A stretch of 35,021 nt of DNA from a virus (taxonomy: Duplodnaviria; Caudoviricetes). Of the stretch, positions 27,592-35,021 are shown piece by piece. Where the stretch lies: IMG/VR virus record IMGVR_UViG_3300046779_000186, positions 1 through 35,021 of that record; one strand, given 5' to 3'. The translations under genes and the position numbers were made by a program. Below the pieces are notes generated by a model. The model did not search any database. It was not told where the DNA came from and saw nothing but the letters and a program-made list of their open reading frames with translations. Positions within the stretch are counted from its first letter, which is position 1. Every line of letters begins with the position of its first letter.

Positions 27592-28945
27592 AGAATATAC
27601 CCGTAAGGTATTACCATTCATTCAATCAGATTATTTTTCAGATGTAACCGAGAAAAACATTTTCAAAGAAGTCAGTGACTTTGTTAATGAATATAAAACA
27701 TTACCAACACATGAAGCGTTGGTGATTAATTTCACAGAGAAAAAGAATCTCACCGAAGAGCAAGTCAAGTCTGCGGTAAGACTACTCAAAGAAATTGATG
27801 ATGCTAAGAATGAGCCAACTGAAACACAATGGCTTGTTGAACATACTGAAAAGTTTTGCCAAGATAAGGCAATCTATAATGCCATTATGGAATCAGTTTC
27901 GATACTTGATGACAAGAATGGTAAAAAATCTAAAGGTGAGATTCCTCAACTGTTGGCTGATGCTCTCGGTGTTTCATTTGACAGTAACATTGGCCATGAT
28001 TATATCAATGATGCTGATTCTCGTTTTGAATTCTACCATCGTAAAGAGAAACGAATTCCGTTTGACCTAGATTTCTTCAACAAGATTACAAAAGGTGGTT
28101 TGCCACAGAAAACATTGAACATCGCATTGGCTGGTACTGGTGTTGGTAAATCATTGTTCATGTGTCATTGTGCTGCCTCTTGTATCAGTCAAGGTTTGAA
28201 TGTTCTCTATATCTCACTTGAAATGGCTGAAGAACGAATCGCTGAACGTATTGATGCGAACACTTTGAATATCACAATGGATGAACTCCATGTTATTCCA
28301 AAGGCTGATTATGATAGAAAATTCTCAGCATTGAAGAACAAGGTTCAAGGTAAATTAATTATTAAAGAATACCCAACTGCATCAGCACACGCTGGACATT
28401 TCCGTGCTTTGTTGAATGAATTGAATCTTAAAAAGAATTTCAGACCAGATATTATCTTTATTGACTATTTGAATATCTGTTGTTCTAGTCGTATGAAGGC
28501 TGGTGGTTCCGTAAACTCTTACACATATATCAAAGCAATTGCTGAAGAACTCCGTGGCCTTGCTGTTGAGTTTAGTGTGCCAATCGTATCTGCAACACAG
28601 ACAACGAGAAGTGGTTATTCTAATTCTGATGTAGGTTTGGAAGATACAAGTGAATCGTTTGGTCTACCTGCAACTGCTGACTTTATGTTTGCTTTGATTT
28701 CTACTGAAGAACTACAACAACTTAATCAGATTATGGTTAAACAGTTGAAGAATCGTTATGGTGACCCTAACTTTAATAAGAAGTTTGTGATTGGTGTTGA
28801 TAGAGCCAAGATGAGGCTGTATGATGCTGAGGCTTCAGCACAAGTTGACATCTCTGATTCTGGCCAAGATATACCTGATGTGCCATTGAATACATTTGGT
28901 AACCGTGAAAGTAAGTTTAATAAATTTGGCGGTCTCAAAGTATGA
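27545..28945 (+). CDS. gp41: Replicative DnaB-like helicase gp41
   Basis: AGTGVGKS, SLEMAE, IDYLNIC, SATQTTR, ESFGLPATAD and QLKNRY motifs. Confidence 0.97.
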   Translation: MDRLEQSILKNLIYNEEYTRKVLPFIQSDYFSDVTEKNIFKEVSDFVNEYKTLPTHEALVINFTEKKNLTEEQVKSAVRLLKEIDDAKNEPTETQWLVEHTEKFCQDKAIYNAIMESVSILDDKNGKKSKGEIPQLLADALGVSFDSNIGHDYINDADSRFEFYHRKEKRIPFDLDFFNKITKGGLPQKTLNIALAGTGVGKSLFMCHCAASCISQGLNVLYISLEMAEERIAERIDANTLNITMDELHVIPKADYDRKFSALKNKVQGKLIIKEYPTASAHAGHFRALLNELNLKKNFRPDIIFIDYLNICCSSRMKAGGSVNSYTYIKAIAEELRGLAVEFSVPIVSATQTTRSGYSNSDVGLEDTSESFGLPATADFMFALISTEELQQLNQIMVKQLKNRYGDPNFNKKFVIGVDRAKMRLYDAEASAQVDISDSGQDIPDVPLNTFGNRESKFNKFGGLKV

Positions 28946-29529
28946 GATATAAAAAACAATATCAACGTATGTGGAGTTTGGCTCACAAACTTTTTGGTAG
29001 TAAAACACCACGTCAGGTTACATATTGGGCTCGTAAGATGATTGATAATCCAAAAGTAAAGGTCAAAGTTTTTAGAACAGATGATTGTTATTCTGGCCTT
29101 ACGATTGGTGGTCATTATGAACCTGATGGTCGTGAGAAAGATATTGAATTGAATATACATTTTAATTATGATTGTGAAGAAGTATTCTTTGACCATGTTT
29201 CAATAGAAGTATTCATTATGGAACTATTCACAACATATGTCCATGAAAGACGGCATCGTTATCAATATCGTAGTCGAGGTAATGTTTATGGTCCAGTTTA
29301 TCGTTGTCGTAATGAAATAAAAAGCAAAGAAGAATATCGTGAGTTGAATTATTATGGTGACCCCGATGAGATTGATGCTTATGCTCTTGAAGCAGCGATA
29401 GAAAATAAACTAAGAAATACAGACTTTGTTGTGGCTAAATATCGTGAACTGTTTGCGGAATTAGATACAAAAGTATATAACAGATTTTTAAAGAAACGAT
29501 ATAAATTTTTGAATAGAATTACATTATGA
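28942..29529 (+). CDS. Putative zinc metalloprotease-like protein
   Basis: HERRH (HExxH) with a downstream YY..P.EIDAYA motif. Confidence 0.6.
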   Translation: MRYKKQYQRMWSLAHKLFGSKTPRQVTYWARKMIDNPKVKVKVFRTDDCYSGLTIGGHYEPDGREKDIELNIHFNYDCEEVFFDHVSIEVFIMELFTTYVHERRHRYQYRSRGNVYGPVYRCRNEIKSKEEYRELNYYGDPDEIDAYALEAAIENKLRNTDFVVAKYRELFAELDTKVYNRFLKKRYKFLNRITL

Positions 29530-30641
29530 AATTAAATAGAGAACAGGCAAATTATGTTGCTCAGAAGTTTGAAGATTACTTTGGTAACTTTGAACGAATT
29601 GACCAATATATGCGAGAGCAAAAACTAAATTCTCTTGCTGAATTGCCATTTACTTTGCCTGGTTGTGGACCTGAAGAAGATTTATTTTCAGATTTCAATA
29701 TGCATCCTAATGATATGGACTTTGAATTGGTTGAGTTGGATGCACCAAGATGGCAAAGATACCTCGATATTATTTCATCACACAACAACCTATCTTCACC
29801 TGGTCGTAACATTCGTTTGGCTGTAAGAGAGAAGAATTCAGGCAAGTGGGTAGGATTTATCAGGATTGGTTCTCCAACGATTATGATGAAGCCTCGTAAC
29901 GAGATGCTCGGTTGTGTAATTACAAACGAAACGGCAACGACCAAATCGTTCAATAAAGCGGCTGCGATGGGCTTTGTAATCGTGCCATCACAACCATTTG
30001 GGTATAATTACCTTGGCGGTAAACTACTTGCGGCAATCTGTTGTTCACACGAAGTTCGTAAAAAATTGGATGACAAGTATGATATGAATATGTGTTTGTT
30101 TGAAACCACATCATTGTATGGTTCATCTAAATCTGTATCTCAATATGATGGTATGAAACCATTTATTCGTTTTGGTGGTATCACTGAGTCAGATTTTCTT
30201 CCTATGATGCATGGCAAACCATATGATGATTTGAAGAATTATGTTGAAGAAATACATGGCGGTGCATTTGTTCCAGAAGATGCCAGTTCCCGTAAGTTGA
30301 AGATTAGTAATACTATTATTTCAATGACTAAGGCTGCATTGAAACCTTACAAAGAAGATTATGATAAGTTCATGTCGACCATCGAGAAAGCCAAAGGTTT
30401 GACTGAAAGAAAACGATACTATTACTGTAACTATGGTATTGATAATTATAAGGATATTGTTCTTGGAAAAGATGTTGATTATGTTCTTGGAGAAAACTAT
30501 GAGAAACATAATCTAGACAATATTATCACCTGGTGGAAAAATAAAGCATCTAATCGTTATGACACTTTAAAACAAGAGAATCGTCTAAGAACAGAAATAG
30601 AGGTCTGGACTAGCGGCAAACCTATTGACATTATAAGGTAA
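29526..30641 (+). CDS. DUF4338/DruA-like protein, paralog 2
   Basis: PGRNIRLAVRE...VGFIRIGSP...PRN...IVPSQPFGYNYLGGKLLA...ETTSLYG...SQYDGM; same motif chain as 8157-9500. Confidence 0.65.
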   Translation: MKLNREQANYVAQKFEDYFGNFERIDQYMREQKLNSLAELPFTLPGCGPEEDLFSDFNMHPNDMDFELVELDAPRWQRYLDIISSHNNLSSPGRNIRLAVREKNSGKWVGFIRIGSPTIMMKPRNEMLGCVITNETATTKSFNKAAAMGFVIVPSQPFGYNYLGGKLLAAICCSHEVRKKLDDKYDMNMCLFETTSLYGSSKSVSQYDGMKPFIRFGGITESDFLPMMHGKPYDDLKNYVEEIHGGAFVPEDASSRKLKISNTIISMTKAALKPYKEDYDKFMSTIEKAKGLTERKRYYYCNYGIDNYKDIVLGKDVDYVLGENYEKHNLDNIITWWKNKASNRYDTLKQENRLRTEIEVWTSGKPIDIIR

Positions 30642-30658
30642 TTGTGTTAGGATAAATA
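30625..30658 (+). promoter_or_regulatory. Overlapping sigma70 and late promoters
   Basis: TTGACA-N17-TAGGAT with an extended TG, overlapping GATAAATA (30651-30658). Confidence 0.65.
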
Positions 30659-30685
30659 CTTGATAAATTAAATTAGGTATTGAAA

Positions 30686-31786
30686 ATGAAAATCCCAACG
30701 AAAGTTAATGTAGATACGGAACAGAAACAGTCTGGTGCAGGTGCAGAAGTAACAGCTCTTGCTGAATCATTACAAGCTTATGCGTGTGCAACTAGACAAT
30801 TTCTTGGTAAAGACTTAACTGATGTGTCACAGATTACTGCAAAAACTATTGGTGATGCTGATTGTGATAGAACACTTGCGGCTTGTATGAAAGGTTTAGA
30901 TGAGAAGTGGTTCTCTAGTGTTGTTAGAACCGCAAATCAAATCTTTGTTGATGTGCCTGGTGCAAATAAAGGTCAAAACTTTAAGTTCTATCGTGGTGGT
31001 AAATTTGTTGATTCTATCTATGATGAATGGCGTAGAATGAAATCTGGCAGTGGAATCTCTGGTGATGATAAGTGGAATCCTGCTGATATTTGGATGGTTA
31101 GAAAAGGATTTACTTTGAAAACTGGTTGGCCAACATTGAGAGATTACAACCGATACATTTATGATAATTTTGCCAATACTAAATTAATTGGTATCTCTTT
31201 GAAAAAATTGGCTGAATCTGGTGGTGCAACCTCTAAGATTTTCAATAATGGTAAACCTCTTATTGCACAGTTTACTGGTGTAAAACTTGGCCAAAACATG
31301 AGAGATTCGAAAGATATTTACATTCAATACAAATCTGAAGGTAAAGATGGTGAAGTTCAGTTGCGTAATTTCTCCAGTAGGCCGCAACCATCATCTTGGC
31401 AAGGAGAAATTAAAGGTAAGACTGCCGCTGGTGGTAAAATTGGTGGTGGTGTTATCATGGCTGGTGCCAAAGAAGCTGGTGTTTCTAAAAATAAATTGAT
31501 TGAACCAAATGAAACACCAATCGATAAACCATCAGAACAAGATTTTAAATTATTTGCGACAGCATTTAAAGAATTATCAGGAACTAGAGAAACTATTCCT
31601 AATTTGATAATTCAAGCTAAAGCAGGACAGAGAGCTGATAAAACATGGTGGATGTCAAAGTTCATCGGAGTTATGTTTGTTTATACAATTATTAAAGAAA
31701 AGAAAGCTGACGATGTTTGTAAATACATTTACGAATATGCATCTTCAGCAACCAAAAACAGTAGTATTTTCATAAAGTATAGTTAA
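30686..31786 (+). CDS. Putative PD-(D/E)XK restriction-like nuclease
   Basis: N-terminal AESLQ helix, DKWNPADIW and LIGISLKK give an E...PxD...SLK catalytic layout. Confidence 0.5.
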   Translation: MKIPTKVNVDTEQKQSGAGAEVTALAESLQAYACATRQFLGKDLTDVSQITAKTIGDADCDRTLAACMKGLDEKWFSSVVRTANQIFVDVPGANKGQNFKFYRGGKFVDSIYDEWRRMKSGSGISGDDKWNPADIWMVRKGFTLKTGWPTLRDYNRYIYDNFANTKLIGISLKKLAESGGATSKIFNNGKPLIAQFTGVKLGQNMRDSKDIYIQYKSEGKDGEVQLRNFSSRPQPSSWQGEIKGKTAAGGKIGGGVIMAGAKEAGVSKNKLIEPNETPIDKPSEQDFKLFATAFKELSGTRETIPNLIIQAKAGQRADKTWWMSKFIGVMFVYTIIKEKKADDVCKYIYEYASSATKNSSIFIKYS

Positions 31787-31787
31787 T

Positions 31788-33020
31788 ATGAAATTTAAAG
31801 ATTTTATAACCGAAGCAACAAAAGAAGGTAAGAATGTTCACCTTGAACATATTGAAGATGAGGTGTTGAATCGTGGAGTTACTGGTGCTCGTGATGCCAT
31901 TAACTTTCTTCGTTCACTCAGAGATATGTTAGCTGGACATTCCGAGTCCAATGTCAATCTCACCACAAAGTGGGATGGAGCACCTGCTATTTTCTGTGGT
32001 ACAAATCCAGAAAATGGTAAGTTCTTTGTTGGTACTAAAGGTGTATTCAATGCTAATCCAAAATTGAATTACACAGAAGATGATATTGATAACAACCACC
32101 CAAATCCTGGTCTTAATGAAAAATTAAAAGTTGCATTGAGATATTTACCTAAGTTAGGTATTAAAGGAGTTTTACAAGGTGACATGATGTTCACTAAGGG
32201 TGATATTGACAAACAGGTGATTGATGGAACTTCATATATTACTTTTCAACCTAATACTATCGTTTATGCAGTACCTTCTGGCAGTAAATTGGCTAGTGCC
32301 ATGCTTGCTGCACAACTTGGGGTTGTTTTCCATACTTCATACACCGGCAAAACAATGGCAGACATGAAGGCATCATTCAATATTGATATTAATCACCTAA
32401 CCAACACGAAAGATGTTTGGTTCCGTGATGCATACTTTGTTGATGCTTCTGGTACAGCAACATTCACTGAAGAAGAAACTAAAGAGATTACTGGTATTTT
32501 GTCTGACGCTGGTAGATTGTTTCAAACAATTAACCCAATGACATTAAATAGAATTGCAGCCTCTGATGTTTTACTGGCATACATTAAAACATTTAATAAT
32601 ACCAAAGTTCGTGCTGGTGAACACATTAAAGATACAAAGTTACATACAGTTCAACTGATTAAATATATTGAAGATAAATTAAATAAAGAAATTCTTGCCG
32701 CTAAGAAAGCAGAAACAAAATCTAAGCGTGAGAAAGAAAAGAATGAAGTGATGCGATTCTTCCGTGGTAATGCTGGAGAATTGAAGAAGATATTTGATTT
32801 ACAAAATGATATCGTAGATTCAAAGAACATGATTATCAAAAAGTTACAACAGATTCGTCAAGTAACTGGTTCATTCTTAAAGACAGAAGATGGTTTCAAA
32901 GTTACAAATCCAGAGGGTTTTGTGGCAGTAGATAAATTAAAAGGTAACGCAGTTAAATTGGTAGACAGACTTGAATTCAGTCTTGCCAATTTCACAGCAC
33001 AAAAGAATTGGGACAAATAA
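31788..33020 (+). CDS. Conserved T4-like protein with ATP-dependent ligase/nucleotidyltransferase motifs
   Basis: HLEHIED, TTKWDGAP (KxDG), LQGD, F.PN, PEGFV and VKLVDR motifs. Confidence 0.65.
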   Translation: MKFKDFITEATKEGKNVHLEHIEDEVLNRGVTGARDAINFLRSLRDMLAGHSESNVNLTTKWDGAPAIFCGTNPENGKFFVGTKGVFNANPKLNYTEDDIDNNHPNPGLNEKLKVALRYLPKLGIKGVLQGDMMFTKGDIDKQVIDGTSYITFQPNTIVYAVPSGSKLASAMLAAQLGVVFHTSYTGKTMADMKASFNIDINHLTNTKDVWFRDAYFVDASGTATFTEEETKEITGILSDAGRLFQTINPMTLNRIAASDVLLAYIKTFNNTKVRAGEHIKDTKLHTVQLIKYIEDKLNKEILAAKKAETKSKREKEKNEVMRFFRGNAGELKKIFDLQNDIVDSKNMIIKKLQQIRQVTGSFLKTEDGFKVTNPEGFVAVDKLKGNAVKLVDRLEFSLANFTAQKNWDK

Positions 33021-33301
33021 TGGCCGAAATTAAATACGACTTAAATGCAATTATTGCCGAATATGGTGATGATGATTTTGGATTCTCTGCTGTCGATGAG
33101 GAAGAGTTTAATGCCGTCATCGCAGAGAAAGAAGAAACTGCTGAAGAATATAAACAAAGGTTACAACAAGTAGAAAAGATTATTCTTCCGTTCTTAACTA
33201 AACTATTACAGACTGCTGACCAACCAATCATTAAATGGCCTAATCGCAAACCTGTATTAGAAGCACAGATTCAAAAGATTTTAAATTTGACGAGGGGTTA
33301 A
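33020..33301 (+). CDS. Hypothetical protein
   Basis: TAATG coupling; DDFGFSAVDE...PFL..L...I.WPNR. Confidence 0.75.
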   Translation: MAEIKYDLNAIIAEYGDDDFGFSAVDEEEFNAVIAEKEETAEEYKQRLQQVEKIILPFLTKLLQTADQPIIKWPNRKPVLEAQIQKILNLTRG

Positions 33302-33474
33302 TGAAAGCAGGTAAACTTGTAAAATTAATTAAAGAATCTAAGAATATCAAACCTGATATTTTACCTAAATCTGGTGCAGGCGCTTGGGGCACCGATGAAT
33401 TAGTAAAGACTTATATGAACGATACACCAGGTCAGGTAATAAAGTTTAAGGACTTTAAGAAACGAACTAAATAA
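33301..33474 (+). CDS. Small hypothetical protein (57 aa, absent from the ORF track)
   Basis: MKAGKLVKLIKES...GAGAWGTDELVKTYMNDTPGQ...; GAGGGG RBS; TAATG coupling. Confidence 0.65.
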   Translation: MKAGKLVKLIKESKNIKPDILPKSGAGAWGTDELVKTYMNDTPGQVIKFKDFKKRTK

Positions 33475-33495
33475 TTTAATAACTGAGGATATATT

Positions 33496-34332
33496 ATGAA
33501 AGATTTGATTATAGGATGTAGTACCAATTATGATTGGTCCAAAATTAAATATTGGGTCAACTCAATCAATAAATCAGGATTTAAAGGTGATAAAGTCCTG
33601 ATTTTCATGTCTGTCGATAAAGACACACTTCAAAAAGTAAATGATGCTGGTTTCACAGCCATCGTTATATCTCAACCTGACGAGTTTGGTAATTACAAAT
33701 ATGAAAGTAGATTACCTGTTCACGTTGAGAGATTCTTTCACATTTATAATTTCCTAAGAGAAAATCGGTATCGTTATGTTATTACTACCGATGTTAAAGA
33801 TGTAATCTTCCAACAAGACCCAATTAAATATATTGAAGAAAATATTGGTGATAAAAAACTAATGTTTGCCTCTGAGAGCCTTCTGTATAAAGATGAACCT
33901 TGGGGTAATCAAAATTTAATTGAAACATTTGGTCCTTACTTCCATAGTATCTTTAAAAATAATTTGATTTTTAATGTGGGTGTTTTGGCAGGTCGTGGTG
34001 ACGATATGCGTGACTTGGCTTGTATGATATTCAATATGTCTATCAATCGACCTATTCCAATTGTGGACCAATCCACATTCAACTTTATGATTAGTATGGC
34101 ACCATATCTCTATACAAGTCTTTACCTAAAATCTGAAGATGCTTGGGCTTGCCAATTAGGTACAACTGCCGACCCATCTAAGATTGAACAATTCAAATCA
34201 TTACTTGAAGAACCATCACCTAGATTTGCTAACGGCAAAGTTGTAACTTCTTTAGGAAAAGAGTTTACAATTGTTCACCAATATGATAGAGTACCAGAAT
34301 GGCGTCAATTTATTGAGAAAGAATATGAGTAA
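33496..34332 (+). CDS. Glycosyltransferase-like protein (GT-A type)
   Basis: ERF, TTDVKDVIFQQDP, NVGVLAG, DQ.TFN and VHQYDR motifs. Preceded by a late-promoter-like ACTAAATA (33466-33473) and a GAGG RBS. Confidence 0.7.
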   Translation: MKDLIIGCSTNYDWSKIKYWVNSINKSGFKGDKVLIFMSVDKDTLQKVNDAGFTAIVISQPDEFGNYKYESRLPVHVERFFHIYNFLRENRYRYVITTDVKDVIFQQDPIKYIEENIGDKKLMFASESLLYKDEPWGNQNLIETFGPYFHSIFKNNLIFNVGVLAGRGDDMRDLACMIFNMSINRPIPIVDQSTFNFMISMAPYLYTSLYLKSEDAWACQLGTTADPSKIEQFKSLLEEPSPRFANGKVVTSLGKEFTIVHQYDRVPEWRQFIEKEYE

Positions 34333-35020
34333 GATATTATATGTGGTGCATCGTTATGCACCATTTCCTGGTGGTTCTGAAAACTATGTCAGAGATATGG
34401 CTGAAGAAACATTAAGTCGTGGACATGAAGTTGCTGTATTTACTGGTGAACATAAAGGTGATTGGAATGGAGTTAGAGTTTCTTCTGACCCACAAATTCT
34501 ATTACAGAATTGGGATTTAATTGTTGTTCATGGTGGTGATGTTGCGTTACAGAATTTTGTATTGGCAAATTCAGGTAGATTACAATCACCAATTCTTTTC
34601 ATGTTGATTATTCCATCTGAAAGTGATATTTACAAACACGCTTTACAACATTGTAAGTATATTGGTTGTTCTACAAAAGAAGATTGGTTCTATGCACACC
34701 AACAAGGCATCATGCAGAAGGCTAGACAGATTACGCATGGTATCGACCCAAAGATTTCTATTGGTAAATCTGGATTTAGAGAGAAGTATGGTATCAAAAC
34801 TGAATTGATGTTCTTATCATGTGGTGGTTACTGGCATAATAAGAGGATGCAAGAATTGGTTCATCTGTTCAACCAAGTTGGACGTTATGATATCACATTA
34901 GTCACAACAGGTTATGATAATCGTTTTGGTATTAAACCACAAGATTCTGAGTATGTTAAGAATTTAATGATTGATGACCGTGATGATGTGATGTCAGCAC
35001 TACACGAAGCTGATTTGTAT
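34325..35020 (+). CDS. GT4-family (GT-B) glycosyltransferase, 3'-truncated by the window edge
   Basis: MSKILYVVHRYAPFPGGSENYV...RGHEVAVFT, I.HGID and GG...NK motifs; frame open to the window end. Confidence 0.85.
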   Translation, partial: MSKILYVVHRYAPFPGGSENYVRDMAEETLSRGHEVAVFTGEHKGDWNGVRVSSDPQILLQNWDLIVVHGGDVALQNFVLANSGRLQSPILFMLIIPSESDIYKHALQHCKYIGCSTKEDWFYAHQQGIMQKARQITHGIDPKISIGKSGFREKYGIKTELMFLSCGGYWHNKRMQELVHLFNQVGRYDITLVTTGYDNRFGIKPQDSEYVKNLMIDDRDDVMSALHEADLY

Positions 35021-35021
35021 A

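Noticed and set aside
23645-28945. Inteins or group I introns in gp43, uvsX or gp41
   Set aside because: Lengths are normal and the conserved motifs are contiguous.
8157-30641. Complete Druantia defence system
   Set aside because: No DruE-like large helicase or DruB-D genes are visible; the context is lytic-phage core genes.
97-34808. Short alternative-frame and minus-strand ORFs in the track (e.g. 3227-3535, 21991-22428, 28756-29196, 29576-29953)
   Set aside because: They are shadows of well-supported plus-strand genes, with no recognisable motifs.
1-35021. CRISPR array, DGR repeats or stop-codon recoding
   Set aside because: No spaced repeats or reverse transcriptase seen; core genes are full length under the standard code.

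Overview
AT-rich, almost entirely plus-strand segment of a T4-like myovirus genome with the cyanomyovirus-type core gene order: gp23 (partial), gp3, uvsY, uvsW, gp55, gp47, gp46, then gp45, gp44, gp62, regA, hsp20, then gp43, uvsX, gp41. Accessory genes include peptide deformylase, a VWA/metallopeptidase plus MoxR (CobT/CobS-like) pair, glycosyltransferases, dNMP kinase, dCMP deaminase, a MazG-like enzyme and an ahpC-ahpD operon. The most notable signal is a possible tRNA-dependent modification system. A DUF4338/DruA-like gene (8157-9500) is directly followed by a separately transcribed, strongly non-canonical 68-nt tRNA-Gly(TCC)-like gene that keeps glycine identity elements but lacks features used in translation. 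A second DruA-like paralog (29526-30641) sits next to a PD-(D/E)XK-like nuclease and a ligase-fold protein. Other findings are an OxyR-type operator on ahpCD, two pseudoknotted leaders, a ROSE-like thermometer, a GIY-YIG-like protein with a clamp-binding tail and apparent GATC avoidance. All family assignments come from motif recognition by eye; no searches were run.
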